Source: an uncultured Gammaproteobacteria bacterium
GTDB lineage: Bacteria > Patescibacteriota > Microgenomatia > JAMCZE01
Reading direction: 5' to 3'
Assembly: GCA_964576435.1 (NCBI GenBank)
Contig: CAZNUP010000002.1
Span: 247,182-311,181 of the forward strand
DNA length: 64,000 nucleotides
Under the pieces are notes generated by a model that did not search any database, was not told the DNA's origin, and worked only from the letters and a program-made list of their open reading frames with translations. The position numbers and the translations under genes are program-made. Position 1 is the first letter of the stretch. Each line of letters starts with the position of its first letter. Positions 1 to 12,295 of the stretch are shown piece by piece.

Positions 1-925
1 CTCTTTTCAGTTCGATGTAGACTCTGACACCTCTTCTATCTGATTCATCTCTCAAGTCGGCAATGCCTTCTAGTTTTTTATCTTTAACAAGATCGGCGAT
101 TCTTGCGATCATTTCCGCTTTATTTACCTGGTAAGGAATTTCAGAAACTATGATTGCTGACTTACCATTTCCCACCTCTTCAATTTCAGTTTTAGCTCTA
201 ACTATGATTTTTCCCTTACCTGTTCCATAAGCTGAGAGTATTTCTTTTTGATCATAAATTATTCCTCCAGTTGGGAAATCTGGACCCTTGATGTATTGAA
301 CAAGATCTTCAACGGTAGTGTTGTCGCTACCTTTATCAATTATGTGGACAATTGCATCGACGACTTCTGACAAATTGTGTGGTGGAATTTTTGTGGCCAT
401 ACCAACTGCGATACCATCAGCACCCATCAAGAGAAGGTTTGGAAGAAGAGCTGGCAGGAAAGATGGTTCCTCGTCCGTATTTGAATAGTTTGGAACAAAA
501 TCTACAGTTTCTTTTTCGATGTCAAAAAGAAGATAATCGGCAATTCCAGCAAGTCTTGCCTCTGTGTATCTCATGGCAGCTGCTGGGTCGCCGTCCATAG
601 ATCCAAAGTTTCCTTGGCCGTCAATTAATGGATATCTTAGGGAAAAATCTTGAGCCATGCGAACAAGGGCATCATAGACTGGTATATCGCCATGAGGATG
701 AAAAGTCTTTAATACTTCCCCAACGACTGCTGCTGACTTTTGATACTTTGAAGTGTGGTGCAAGCCAACTTTATGCATCGCATAAATGATTCTTCTGTGA
801 ACTGGTTTTAGTCCGTCTTTAACATCTGGGAGAGCTCTGGCTACGATTACGCTCATGGCGTAATCCAAATAAGCTGTTTCCATTTCCGAGGTAATCTCTG
901 TTGGTTGAATCTTGCCTACATCCAT
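1..925 (-). CDS. gyrA: DNA gyrase subunit A, N-terminal 308 aa; the 3' end of the gene lies beyond the window start
   Basis: Reverse-strand translation starts [50 protein letters not shown], the hallmark GyrA N-terminus with the active-site region; the frame stays open to position 1; not in the ORF track because it is truncated. Confidence 0.9.
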   Translation of the reverse strand, partial: MDVGKIQPTEITSEMETAYLDYAMSVIVARALPDVKDGLKPVHRRIIYAMHKVGLHHTSKYQKSAAVVGEVLKTFHPHGDIPVYDALVRMAQDFSLRYPLIDGQGNFGSMDGDPAAAMRYTEARLAGIADYLLFDIEKETVDFVPNYSNTDEEPSFLPALLPNLLLMGADGIAVGMATKIPPHNLSEVVDAIVHIIDKGSDNTTVEDLVQYIKGPDFPTGGIIYDQKEILSAYGTGKGKIIVRAKTEIEEVGNGKSAIIVSEIPYQVNKAEMIARIADLVKDKKLEGIADLRDESDRRGVRVYIELKR

Positions 926-974
926 ATAAAAAACCCTTTAGGGTCAGAAAATTATTATAGCGAATTTTGAGAAA

Positions 975-1289
975 TTATGCTTGGCCTTCTGGTTTGGAAG
1001 CCATGATTTTTGCCCAGTCTTTGTCTGATAGACCTGCTCCTAAAGCATGGAAATGTCTTCCTGTTTTGAGAGGAGCTACTCTACCCACTTCTTCGAAATT
1101 TGGGTCAATGACAATAACTTCTTGGCCTATACCTTCTGCGATTTCCCCTGCCTCTTCAAAGGCGAGACTTGCTCCACCTTCACCGAAACCTTGAACTGCA
1201 ATATCACCCTTGCCAGTTTCGCCGCTCACTTTCAACAGGTGATGAGTATGTGTTCCTTCGTGGTCTTTTTGTATCTTCATAGATAACAA
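975..1289 (-). CDS. hypothetical protein, 104 aa, His-rich N-terminus, no cysteines
   Basis: ORF track only; sits between hppA and gyrA in the same orientation; I cannot assign a family by eye. Confidence 0.35.
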   Translation of the reverse strand: MLSMKIQKDHEGTHTHHLLKVSGETGKGDIAVQGFGEGGASLAFEEAGEIAEGIGQEVIVIDPNFEEVGRVAPLKTGRHFHALGAGLSDKDWAKIMASKPEGQA

Positions 1290-1384
1290 TTTTACAGTAT
1301 GTTTTTATAAAAAACTATAGACATATCATTCCTTAGTTATATTATGCTATGAGATTAAAAATTACGAAGTAAGTCTATTAAATT

Positions 1385-3388
1385 TTAGACAATTAGTCCT
1401 ACTAGAAGAAGGGCGACAATGTTTGCAACTTTAATCATTGGGTTGATTGCTGGACCTGCTGTGTCTTTATATGGATCCCCTACTGTGTCGCCTGTGACTG
1501 CTGCTTGATGAGCTGGGGATTTTTTACCACCATATTTTCCAGATTCGATATATTTCTTGGCATTATCCCAAGCGGCACCGCCAGCTGTCATTGAAAGAGC
1601 TACGAAAATGCCTGTAACAATCAATCCCACCAAGAGTCCACCTAAAGCTACTGGACCTAGGAAATAGCCAACTAAGATTGGGACAACAATTGGAATTAAG
1701 GCTGGGAACATCATTTCTTTAATTGCGGCACTAGTTACAATTGCGACTGCCTTGCCGTATTCGGGTTTGGCTTTGCCGTCCATAATTCCTTTAATCTCTT
1801 TAAACTGGCGTCTAATTTCGGTGACGATTGTTTCGGCAGCTTTACCAACAGCTTCTAGAAGTTGGGCGGCAAAAAGATAGGACATTGCCCCACCAATGAA
1901 CAAGCCAACAATTACTAATGGATCTGTTAATGAGAATGTCAAAGGATTGGAGATTCTGAGTGAAACTTCTTCAACATAGGCTCCAAAAAGAACTAAGGCG
2001 GCTAGACCTGCACTACCAATGGCATAACCTTTGGTTACTGCTTTGGTTGTGTTGCCAACTGCATCGAGTGCGTCAGTTACGTCTCTAACTTTTTCTGGAA
2101 GACCTGCCATTTCAGCAATGCCGCCGGCGTTATCTGTAATTGGTCCAAAGGCGTCAATTGCGACAATGATTCCCGTCAAGGAAAGCATTGCTGCAGCTGC
2201 TACAGCTACACCATATAGGTTAGCTAGAGCGTAAGAAGCTAAGATGGCAATGCAAATCAAAACTACTGGAGCGGCTGTAGATTTCATAGAAACAGCTAGA
2301 CCAGCAATGATATTTGTTCCGTGACCTGAGACACTAGCTTTTGCAATGCTTTGGACGCTTGGGTAGTTCTTTGAGGTGTAGTATTCAGTTATGACAACCA
2401 TTCCTGCTGTAACAATGATTCCAATTAAAGCTGCCGCATAAAGATTTAATGGATTAAATACAGCATTATCCGCCATAAGGTACATAGTTAGTGGATAGAA
2501 AGCAAGAGCACTTAAGACGCCCGCAACAATTAGTCCCTTGTAAAGAGCTCTCATAATAGACTTGGATTTGTCCAAACGAACAAAAAATGCACCAATTATT
2601 GAGGCGATTATTGAAACACCACCAATTAAGAGTGGATAGTAAGAAGCTACTGGATAGTGTGGAAGAACTAATCCTCCTAATAATATAGTAGCGGCAATTG
2701 TTACGACGTAGGTCTCAAAAAGATCGGCGGCCATTCCAGCACAATCGCCCACATTGTCTCCGACGTTATCTGCAATAACACCTGGATTTCTTGGATCGTC
2801 TTCTGGGATTCCTGCTTCAATCTTTCCGACCATGTCGGTTCCGACGTCTGCGGCTTTAGTGAAGATTCCTCCACCAATTCTTGCAAAAATGGAAATTAAA
2901 GACGCACCAAAACCAAGAGCTGCTAGTTTTTCGTTGCCTGGTGGGAGGAGAAGAACTACGGCTGATGTTGCAAGGATTGCGAGACCTGCGACCATAAGTC
3001 CGGTTACTGATCCCCCATCAAAACCAACTTTGAGGGCTGGGCCCAAACCGTTTTTGGCAGCTTCTGCGGTTCGTGAATTACTTCTAACTGAAACACTCAT
3101 TCCGACAATTCCTGAAATTGCTGAAAATACTGCTCCAATTACAAATGCAATTGCTGGATAAAGCCCAAAAGCCAAATAGAGGATGGCTGTAACTGGAACG
3201 GCTACTGCCGCAACAACTGTGTACTGCTTTTTAAGATAAGCATTCGCTCCTTCAAGAATGGCCTGGGCGATTTCTTGCATTTTGGGAGTTCCTGGGGATA
3301 AAGCTAGAATGTTTTTAATCTGGAAAAGCGCGTAAAAAACAGCAATAAGTCCAGCTATAAAAGGAAGATATATTAAATATTGTTCCAT
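1385..3388 (-). CDS. hppA: membrane-bound H+/Na+-translocating pyrophosphatase (V-type PPase)
   Basis: 667 aa polytopic protein with the signature [44 protein letters not shown] and the C-terminal [21 protein letters not shown] motif. Confidence 0.9.
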   Translation of the reverse strand: MEQYLIYLPFIAGLIAVFYALFQIKNILALSPGTPKMQEIAQAILEGANAYLKKQYTVVAAVAVPVTAILYLAFGLYPAIAFVIGAVFSAISGIVGMSVSVRSNSRTAEAAKNGLGPALKVGFDGGSVTGLMVAGLAILATSAVVLLLPPGNEKLAALGFGASLISIFARIGGGIFTKAADVGTDMVGKIEAGIPEDDPRNPGVIADNVGDNVGDCAGMAADLFETYVVTIAATILLGGLVLPHYPVASYYPLLIGGVSIIASIIGAFFVRLDKSKSIMRALYKGLIVAGVLSALAFYPLTMYLMADNAVFNPLNLYAAALIGIIVTAGMVVITEYYTSKNYPSVQSIAKASVSGHGTNIIAGLAVSMKSTAAPVVLICIAILASYALANLYGVAVAAAAMLSLTGIIVAIDAFGPITDNAGGIAEMAGLPEKVRDVTDALDAVGNTTKAVTKGYAIGSAGLAALVLFGAYVEEVSLRISNPLTFSLTDPLVIVGLFIGGAMSYLFAAQLLEAVGKAAETIVTEIRRQFKEIKGIMDGKAKPEYGKAVAIVTSAAIKEMMFPALIPIVVPILVGYFLGPVALGGLLVGLIVTGIFVALSMTAGGAAWDNAKKYIESGKYGGKKSPAHQAAVTGDTVGDPYKDTAGPAINPMIKVANIVALLLVGLIV

Positions 3389-3393
3389 ATATA

Positions 3394-5325
<1,932 letters not shown>

Positions 5326-5889
5326 TTACCAATTTAACAACATGTTTTCCATGGCAAGACGTGGGTTGCAACTAGCATTTAGTTCTTTCTTTGCTTTAAA
5401 AAGTAAGCGAATATTTTTTGGGTCTAGTTTGTCTTTAGACGAAACCAATAGGCTATCTATAAATTTTCTGGCTTCATCTCTTTTTAATGATTTCTCTTTT
5501 GCTAAGGTTAGTTTTTCTTGGATAGTAAGTGATTTAATTTTTTCGTAAATTGGATCATTTGGTACTTCAGCTTTTTTTCCATAAACAATAATGCAACGTG
5601 ATCTTATAGTCTCTAAGACTTGTCCATCATCTTTCACTTGAAGAACTATTTCAGAATCATTTGGGGGTTCTTCAAGAGTTTTGAGGAGAGCGTTTTGTGC
5701 TTCTTCAGTTAGTTTTTCAGCGTCTTTTACTACTACGGTTTTTTTATTACCCATTGAAACGAAGTGGATAATTTCTTTAACGACTTCAACACCAATTGAT
5801 GACTCATCTAAACTAACAATTAGAGTGTTTGGATCTTCTTTAAAATCTTTTTCCCCTATTAATAGAATTGACATATAAGGTTTAAGCAT
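5326..5889 (-). CDS. holB: DNA polymerase III delta-prime-like clamp-loader subunit, short form (no P-loop region)
   Basis: AAA+ sensor motifs NALLKTLEEPP and IRSRC in clamp-loader order; at 187 aa it is much shorter than canonical HolB. Confidence 0.55.
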   Translation of the reverse strand: MLKPYMSILLIGEKDFKEDPNTLIVSLDESSIGVEVVKEIIHFVSMGNKKTVVVKDAEKLTEEAQNALLKTLEEPPNDSEIVLQVKDDGQVLETIRSRCIIVYGKKAEVPNDPIYEKIKSLTIQEKLTLAKEKSLKRDEARKFIDSLLVSSKDKLDPKNIRLLFKAKKELNASCNPRLAMENMLLNW

Positions 5890-5906
5890 TGTACGATGAA
5901 ATAACG

Positions 5907-7655
5907 ATGGATGCTACTGCCCCAAATACCGACTTTGGTCAAGATATCGGAGATATTTTAGTTAGTCAAAAGAAAATTAGTCCTGATCAACTTGCACTTG
6001 CTCGTCAAGAAAGCGCAACTTCTGGCAGATCAATTGAACAGGTACTTCTAGATCGAGGATTTGTTAGTCAGGAGACTTTGACTGAAGTTAGGTCTGCTCA
6101 AATTGGAATTACATCTGTTGATATTTCTAAGAAAGCAATTTCTCCTGATGTTCTTATTCTTATTCCCCAACCTGTTGCCGAGAGGTATTTAGTTATGCCT
6201 TTTGAAGTTGATGGTCCTAGTAACTCCATGTCAGTTGCTATGGCTGATCCGCTTGATCTAACAGCCATTAATTTTTTAGAAAAGAAAAGTGGTAAGAGAG
6301 TTAAGCCATTTTTGGCAAATGCGGCTGATTTAAAACAAGCAATTGATGAAAAATATTCTCAAGGACTTGGCACTGAAGTCACAGCGGCTCTTAAAGATTC
6401 GCCTAATGACTTAGCAAGAGACAATAAAGCGACTACATCTTTAGATCTGTCAAAGTCCGGAGACATTATTCGTGATGCTCCTGTTACTAAAATTACTTCT
6501 TCACTTTTAGATTTTGCAGTTAAGTCCAGGGCATCTGATATCCATATTGAACCTGTCGGAGAAAATACACGGGTTAGGTACCGAATTGATGGAATTTTAT
6601 ATGAGAAATTAGTTTTGCCACTTAAGATCCATGATTCTGTTGTTTCAAGAATAAAAATCATGTCGAATTTGAAGATAGATGAAAAGAGAGTCCCACAAGA
6701 CGGTAGATTCAATTATAAGACAGAGGCTGGAGAGGTTGATGTTCGTGTTTCTACCCTACCAACTGTTTTTGGAGAAAAGGTAGTCATGAGACTACTTCGG
6801 AAATCTGGTGGTGTGCCAACTCTATCAGATCTTGGACTTAGAGGACTTGCTCTTAAGAATTTAGAAATCTCAATACTTCGTCCACATGGCATCATTATTA
6901 TTTGCGGTCCAACGGGAAGTGGAAAAACTACAACTTTGTATTCAGTTTTATCGAAGATTAATTCGACTAAAGTTAACATTGTCACACTTGAAGACCCAGT
7001 TGAATACCAAATTCCTGGAATTAATCAGGTTCAAGTTAACACTACGTCAGGACTTACTTTTGCAACAGGGCTTAGGGCATTTCTTAGACAAGATCCAAAC
7101 ATTATTCTTGTTGGAGAAATTCGAGATTCTGAAACAACTGAACTGGCTATTCAAGCGGCTCTTACTGGACATTTGGTGTTTTCAACACTTCACACAAGTA
7201 ATGCTTCAGGAGCGATTCCTAGATTTTTGGATCTTGGGGCAGAACCATTTTTACTTGCCTCCTCCCTATCAGCAATTGCTGGACAAAGAATTCTTCGAAA
7301 GATTTGCCAAAACTGCAAAGAATCTTTTGATCCACCAGAAATCATGGTCAAAGATATTATGAGTGTTCTTGGGCCTTTGCTTCCCCAGAAAGATGCTAGT
7401 GGAAAATTACATCTATATAGAGGGAAGGGTTGTAGTGAATGTGGTGATTCTGGATTTTTGGGGCGGGTGGGTATTTTTGAAGTACTTCCAGTTTCTGACA
7501 AGATTGCAAAGATGATTTTGTCTCATGCCGACTCAACTGATATTGAGAAACAGGCTGTTGAAGAGGGAATGATTACAATGAAACAAGATGGCTACTTGAA
7601 AGCACTCGAAGGGCTTACTACTATAGAAGAGGTACTGCGCGTTGCGCAGGATTAA
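5907..7655 (+). CDS. pilB: type IV pilus assembly ATPase PilB (GspE family)
   Basis: N-terminal GspE_N-like domain, Walker A GPTGSGKTTT, tetracysteine motif CQNCKESF...CSECGDSG; the ORF track starts at TTG 5889, the in-frame ATG at 5907 is preferred. Confidence 0.9.
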   Translation: MDATAPNTDFGQDIGDILVSQKKISPDQLALARQESATSGRSIEQVLLDRGFVSQETLTEVRSAQIGITSVDISKKAISPDVLILIPQPVAERYLVMPFEVDGPSNSMSVAMADPLDLTAINFLEKKSGKRVKPFLANAADLKQAIDEKYSQGLGTEVTAALKDSPNDLARDNKATTSLDLSKSGDIIRDAPVTKITSSLLDFAVKSRASDIHIEPVGENTRVRYRIDGILYEKLVLPLKIHDSVVSRIKIMSNLKIDEKRVPQDGRFNYKTEAGEVDVRVSTLPTVFGEKVVMRLLRKSGGVPTLSDLGLRGLALKNLEISILRPHGIIIICGPTGSGKTTTLYSVLSKINSTKVNIVTLEDPVEYQIPGINQVQVNTTSGLTFATGLRAFLRQDPNIILVGEIRDSETTELAIQAALTGHLVFSTLHTSNASGAIPRFLDLGAEPFLLASSLSAIAGQRILRKICQNCKESFDPPEIMVKDIMSVLGPLLPQKDASGKLHLYRGKGCSECGDSGFLGRVGIFEVLPVSDKIAKMILSHADSTDIEKQAVEEGMITMKQDGYLKALEGLTTIEEVLRVAQD

Positions 7656-7658
7656 CTT

Positions 7659-8711
7659 ATGACAATTCAAGATCTATTACAGATGACAATTGATCGAAAT
7701 GCTTCCGATTTGCATTTAGTAGTTGGTTATCCAGCCACTCTTAGAGTTGACGGAGAGCTAACACCAATCGATAACACTGTTCTTACTCCAGAACTTGTGC
7801 AAAATCTATGTCTTCCTTTACTATCCCCTGATCAAAAGAAAAATTTGGAAGCAAATCGAGAGTTGGATTTTTCTTACGGGTTTGGAGTTGGAAGATTTAG
7901 AATTAACTTCTACTATCAAAAAGGATCACTAGCTGGAGCGTTTCGACTGATTCCTCTTAAAATTAGAACTATAGATGAACTAGGACTTCCTGATATCTGC
8001 CATTCGTTTACTAACTTAAAACAAGGGTTTGTTTTAGTTACCGGACCTACCGGACATGGTAAATCAACAACAATTGCAGCAATTGTTGAAGAAATTAATC
8101 TAAAGGTTGGAGGCAATGTTCTCACAATTGAGGATCCAATTGAATATTTATATTCCAAGGGTAAAGCAATTGTATCTCAACGTGAGCTTGGTGGAGACAC
8201 CTATTCTTGGCCCAATGCGCTTCGTGCTGCACTTCGTGAGGATCCAAATGTAGTCTTAATTGGAGAAATGCGCGATTATGAAACAATCGCTGCGGCTTTA
8301 ACAATTGCTGAGACTGGGCACTTGGTTTTTGCAACGCTTCACACTAATTCTGCAGCGCAAACAATGGACCGCATCATTGATGTGTTTCCAGAAAACCAGC
8401 AGGCGCAGGTGGCACTTCAATTATCAAACACTTTAGAAGCGGTTGTGTCACAAAGACTTTTACCAGGAGCTGGTGGTGGTCGAGTTCCTGGAACAGAGAT
8501 TTTGGTAGCCACATCTGCCGTTCGGTCGATTGTTCGAGATCGCAAGTCACATCTTTTAGACAATGTGATCCAAACTTCAGCTGATCTTGGAATGATGACA
8601 ATGGATATGTCTATAGCCAATCTTGTTAAGAAAGGTAAAGTTCAGTTGGATGTTGCTTTGCAATATGCGGTTAATCCTGATTATGTTCGAGAGCTAGTTA
8701 GTAGACATTAG
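7659..8711 (+). CDS. pilT: type IV pilus retraction ATPase PilT/PilU family
   Basis: 350 aa, Walker A GPTGHGKSTT, PilT-like N-terminus MTIQDLLQMTIDRNASDLHL. Confidence 0.85.
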   Translation: MTIQDLLQMTIDRNASDLHLVVGYPATLRVDGELTPIDNTVLTPELVQNLCLPLLSPDQKKNLEANRELDFSYGFGVGRFRINFYYQKGSLAGAFRLIPLKIRTIDELGLPDICHSFTNLKQGFVLVTGPTGHGKSTTIAAIVEEINLKVGGNVLTIEDPIEYLYSKGKAIVSQRELGGDTYSWPNALRAALREDPNVVLIGEMRDYETIAAALTIAETGHLVFATLHTNSAAQTMDRIIDVFPENQQAQVALQLSNTLEAVVSQRLLPGAGGGRVPGTEILVATSAVRSIVRDRKSHLLDNVIQTSADLGMMTMDMSIANLVKKGKVQLDVALQYAVNPDYVRELVSRH

Positions 8712-8720
8712 TATTTTTTT

Positions 8721-9938
8721 GTGAAGCAATTTACCTATAAAGCCAAAGACGCAAACGGAAGCACACTTACTGGTATTGTGGAAAGTGCAGATCAATTGGC
8801 GGCTGCTAAGACTCTTCAAGAACATGGACTTTTAGTTATCTCAGTCAATGAAAAGAAATCCTTAAATTTTGGTGACCTTAAATCACTGATTCCTGGAGTC
8901 TCGAAAGTTTCTGATCAGGAGGTAGCAACTTTTACGAGACTTCTGTCTACAATGCTTAAAGCAGGATTACCTTTAATTGATGCTCTTTCCAATTTGGCAG
9001 TACAAACTACAAATCCATATTTTAAAGATGTGGTTCGTTCTGTTCTTCAAGATGTTCAAGGGGGAATTAGTTTATCTGCTTCAATGAAACGATACCCCAA
9101 AGTTTTTAATAATTTGTATGTTAGTTTGGTAGCTGCTGGTGAGGCGTCTGGAAAAGTTGGAGAGACAATGGAGAGACTTGCTGAGATGCTTGAATCTGAC
9201 CTCGATTTCAAAGGTAAAATTAAGGGAGCCCTTATTTATCCAGCAATTGTGGTAGTTGCTATGGCGGGAGTTGCTATCTTTATGATTACAACGATTATTC
9301 CAAAAATAGCTGATGTGTATGATGAATTTGGAGCAGAGTTGCCTTTACCTACTAAGATTCTAATTGGGATTTCCGACATTTTTGTTCACTATACAATCTT
9401 TGTGGTCATTTTTATTGTTATTGTCATTATTGCAGTCAAAATTTTTAGAAAAAATCCAGCTAGTGACCTTTTGATAAATAATTTTATGTATAGACTTCCA
9501 ATTATGGGAGAACTTAATTCTGAAGTGGTTATGACAATTTTAACAAGGACATTGGGAACACTTATTAATTCAGGTATTTCAATTTTAGACTCACTAAAAA
9601 TTGTGGCGAACGCTATGGCAAATGATAAATATAAGATGGGACTTGAGTATGCAGCTCAAACTGTTGAAAAAGGACTCCCTTTCTCGTCAGCGATAAGACG
9701 AAACCCAGATTTTGCTCCAATTGTGGCACAACTTTCAGCAATTGGTGAGGAAACCGGGACTCTTGGAGACAGCCTGAATAGATTATCTAAATACTATCAA
9801 GATTCTTCAGAAAGAAAAGTTAAGGCGCTGACAACGGCTTTGGAACCAATCATGATTTTAGTTATGGGGGCAATGGTTGGTGGTTTGGCGATTGCCGTAT
9901 TGCTTCCGATGTTTAATTTGGTTAATGTTATTAAATAG
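8721..9938 (+). CDS. pilC: type IV pilus inner-membrane platform protein PilC (GspF family)
   Basis: 405 aa with two GspF repeats and three TM segments; GTG start; immediately downstream of pilB and pilT. Confidence 0.85.
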   Translation: MKQFTYKAKDANGSTLTGIVESADQLAAAKTLQEHGLLVISVNEKKSLNFGDLKSLIPGVSKVSDQEVATFTRLLSTMLKAGLPLIDALSNLAVQTTNPYFKDVVRSVLQDVQGGISLSASMKRYPKVFNNLYVSLVAAGEASGKVGETMERLAEMLESDLDFKGKIKGALIYPAIVVVAMAGVAIFMITTIIPKIADVYDEFGAELPLPTKILIGISDIFVHYTIFVVIFIVIVIIAVKIFRKNPASDLLINNFMYRLPIMGELNSEVVMTILTRTLGTLINSGISILDSLKIVANAMANDKYKMGLEYAAQTVEKGLPFSSAIRRNPDFAPIVAQLSAIGEETGTLGDSLNRLSKYYQDSSERKVKALTTALEPIMILVMGAMVGGLAIAVLLPMFNLVNVIK

Positions 9939-9968
9939 GTGGAAAAACCTAATCAAATTTAAGTACGA

Positions 9969-10415
9969 ATGAAAAAGTATCTGCCCAGATCTTCAAATTC
10001 TTCAAGTGCGTTTACGCTTATTGAACTTATGGTTGTTATGGCTGTTATTGCGGTTCTTTCCACAATGGCACTTTATGGTTTAGGTAAAGCCCAGGCTGCA
10101 GCACGAGATGCGCAGCGTCAACAGATTATGACGGGGGTTCAGACGGGACTTGAAAGATATTACTCCGATAATCAAGCTTACCCTGCGGGAAATTTCTGCA
10201 CAATGATTAGTACACTTGTTACAGGAAGCTATCTAACTAGCCCCACTGACCCTACTAAGGTTCCGGTGTGTGGTACAGGAACGGTAGGTACAGCCATCTA
10301 TCAATATGGAAGTCCAGTTTCTGGGCAATGTGCAGGTACTGCCTTGCCTAATGGTTATCAACTTACATTAACGAAAGAGTCTGGTGGAAGAAATTATTTT
10401 TGCTCACCAAATTAA
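9969..10415 (+). CDS. type IV major pilin paralog 1 (class III signal, FTLIELM)
   Basis: N-terminus MKKYLPRSSNSSSAFTLIELMVVMAVIAVL with Glu+5; C-terminal disulfide-loop region ...KESGGRNYFCSPN; Ala rather than Gly at position -1. Confidence 0.8.
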   Translation: MKKYLPRSSNSSSAFTLIELMVVMAVIAVLSTMALYGLGKAQAAARDAQRQQIMTGVQTGLERYYSDNQAYPAGNFCTMISTLVTGSYLTSPTDPTKVPVCGTGTVGTAIYQYGSPVSGQCAGTALPNGYQLTLTKESGGRNYFCSPN

Positions 10416-10907
10416 ATGAAAAACGGATTTACACTCATTGAACTAATGGTGGTTATGACAGTGATTGCGATCCTGTCGACAATGATTCTTTTTGGTCTTG
10501 GTAAATCACAAGAAGCTGCAAGAGATGTGCAAAGACAACAAACAATGAAAGGAATTCAAGCCGCTCTTGCTAGATATTATGGCGACAATGGTTCATATCC
10601 AGTTGCTGGAGGGACACATGGATGGTTTACTGGAGATTTGATTGCACTTCTGGTAACACAAGGTTATTTAACATCTCCACCTACGGATCCTAATTCTTCA
10701 TGTACAGTTGCTTCTGATACTTCTGGTGCTACAAATTGGCAACCTTGTTCAGGAAAGGCAACGCCTTACTATAAATATATTTATCCAAATTGGAGCCCCA
10801 CAGGCAGTTCAACTTTTATTTGTCCCGGTATAAATGATAGGCAAAGCTACCAGTTGGTTTTGGCAAAAGAATCTGGTGGTTATTCGACTTTTTGCTCGCC
10901 GCAATAA
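10416..10907 (+). CDS. type IV major pilin paralog 2
   Basis: MKNGFTLIELMVVMTVIAIL prepilin signal (G-1, F+1, E+5); C-terminal ...LAKESGGYSTFCSPQ shared with its neighbours. Confidence 0.85.
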   Translation: MKNGFTLIELMVVMTVIAILSTMILFGLGKSQEAARDVQRQQTMKGIQAALARYYGDNGSYPVAGGTHGWFTGDLIALLVTQGYLTSPPTDPNSSCTVASDTSGATNWQPCSGKATPYYKYIYPNWSPTGSSTFICPGINDRQSYQLVLAKESGGYSTFCSPQ

Positions 10908-10948
10908 GAAATAATTAAATAAAAATTGAAATTTGAAGGAGGTGAAAA

Positions 10949-11485
10949 ATGAAAACTAGAAATTTAACAAAAAAAGGTTTTACGCTCATTGAACTCATGA
11001 TTGTGATCACGGTGATTGCAATTCTTGCTGCTATTGTCCTATTTGGACTTGGAGCCGCACAGAGAAATGCTCGAGATGTTCAAAGAGCCCAAATAATGAG
11101 AGGTGTTCAAACTGCTTTACAGGCACAAGCATCAACCAATGGATCCGGTGCTTATTTGTCAAACGCAGCAGCGGCACCAGGTTTAAATTGTACCAATGGA
11201 ACTGGGTGTTGGGGACCTATGACTACCGCCTTAACGAGTTTTATAGGAACGGGTGGTTTGGTCGATCCCGGATGTGGTAGTGGAACCCAAGATATGGTTG
11301 GAGTGGTTGGAGGTGAGCCACCAACATCTACTGGTTGTGCTGCAGGTAGCGTTCAGTATATGTATTTTTATGGTGCTAATCCTGCAATAAGTGGAGTTTC
11401 TACCTGTCCAAATGTGACTGGTAAATATGTTTTGGTTCTTAAGAAAGAAGGGGGAGGTTATCAGACTTTCTGTGCTCCTCAATAA
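10949..11485 (+). CDS. type IV major pilin paralog 3
   Basis: MKTRNLTKKGFTLIELMIVITVIAIL prepilin signal; C-terminal ...LKKEGGGYQTFCAPQ; strong SD GGAGGTG upstream. Confidence 0.85.
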   Translation: MKTRNLTKKGFTLIELMIVITVIAILAAIVLFGLGAAQRNARDVQRAQIMRGVQTALQAQASTNGSGAYLSNAAAAPGLNCTNGTGCWGPMTTALTSFIGTGGLVDPGCGSGTQDMVGVVGGEPPTSTGCAAGSVQYMYFYGANPAISGVSTCPNVTGKYVLVLKKEGGGYQTFCAPQ

Positions 11486-11551
11486 AGAGGATTTGGTTTT
11501 TAGGAATTTTAAACCACGCCCAATTGGGCGTGGTTTTGTTATGATGAGGGG

Positions 11552-12295
11552 ATGGTTGCTTTTTGGATTTTACTTTTTGCTTTTGGACTTGTCATTGGAA
11601 GCTTTTTAAATGTCCTTATATGGCGTCTTTCTGATGAAAAGGCACCAAGATTTTGGGAAGGAAGAAGCATCTGTCCCAAATGCAAACATAAACTTTCTTG
11701 GTTTGACAACATTCCCCTACTTTCCTTCATTTTACTTGGTGGTAAATGTCGCTACTGTAAAAAGAAAATTTCTATTCAATATCCAATAGTGGAACTAATA
11801 ACGGCAATTACAACGGTTTTGATAGTTAATTTTGTAAGTTATCTAGATCCATTAAGTGTTGCGAGCCTCTTAATTATTGGGTACTCATTTATTGTTATCT
11901 TTTTTGCAGATTTAAACTATCAGATCATTCCAGATGAAATGCTAATTCTCATAATCATATTTGGAGCGGCATTGAATTTTGGAGGAATTAATGTTTGGGT
12001 GGGGCTTTTAACAGCTCTTGGATTTTTCCTAGTGGTTCTTGCTACAAAGTTTCGCGGGATGGGACTTGGAGATGTAAAACTAGCCTTTGTGATGGGATTC
12101 TTACTTGGCTATCCTAGTATTTTAATTGCAGTCTGGTGGTCATTTATTATTGGTGGAATTTTTGCGGTGAGACTTCTTATATTGCACCGGAAAAATTTTC
12201 GTGACACAATGGCATTAGGACCATTTTTGGTTCTTGGAACATTAATTGCTGCCCTATGGTCAAAAGAAATTTTGGGTATTCTCTCGTTGAACTGA
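11552..12295 (+). CDS. pilD: prepilin peptidase PilD (A24 family)
   Basis: N-terminal zinc-binding CPKCKHKLSWFDNIPLLSF...GGKCRYCKKKI, polytopic, GLGDVKL active-site region. Confidence 0.85.
   Translation: MVAFWILLFAFGLVIGSFLNVLIWRLSDEKAPRFWEGRSICPKCKHKLSWFDNIPLLSFILLGGKCRYCKKKISIQYPIVELITAITTVLIVNFVSYLDPLSVASLLIIGYSFIVIFFADLNYQIIPDEMLILIIIFGAALNFGGINVWVGLLTALGFFLVVLATKFRGMGLGDVKLAFVMGFLLGYPSILIAVWWSFIIGGIFAVRLLILHRKNFRDTMALGPFLVLGTLIAALWSKEILGILSLN

Noticed and set aside
2031-3161. Three plus/minus ORFs (2031-2234, 2701-2886, 2754-3161) inside hppA
   Set aside because: Antisense or alternative-frame shadows of a long, highly conserved pyrophosphatase gene; Ala/Pro/Ser-rich translations typical of GC-skewed shadow frames.
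5889-5906. TTG at 5889 as the pilB start (as in the ORF track)
   Set aside because: An in-frame ATG at 5907 gives a conventional start; the TTG would place the pilB and holB start codons on the very same nucleotide.
11427-11609. 60-aa ORF MFWFLRKKGEV... spanning the pilin-3 stop and pilD start
   Set aside because: Out-of-frame overlap with two confidently called genes; it contains the pilD RBS region; spurious.
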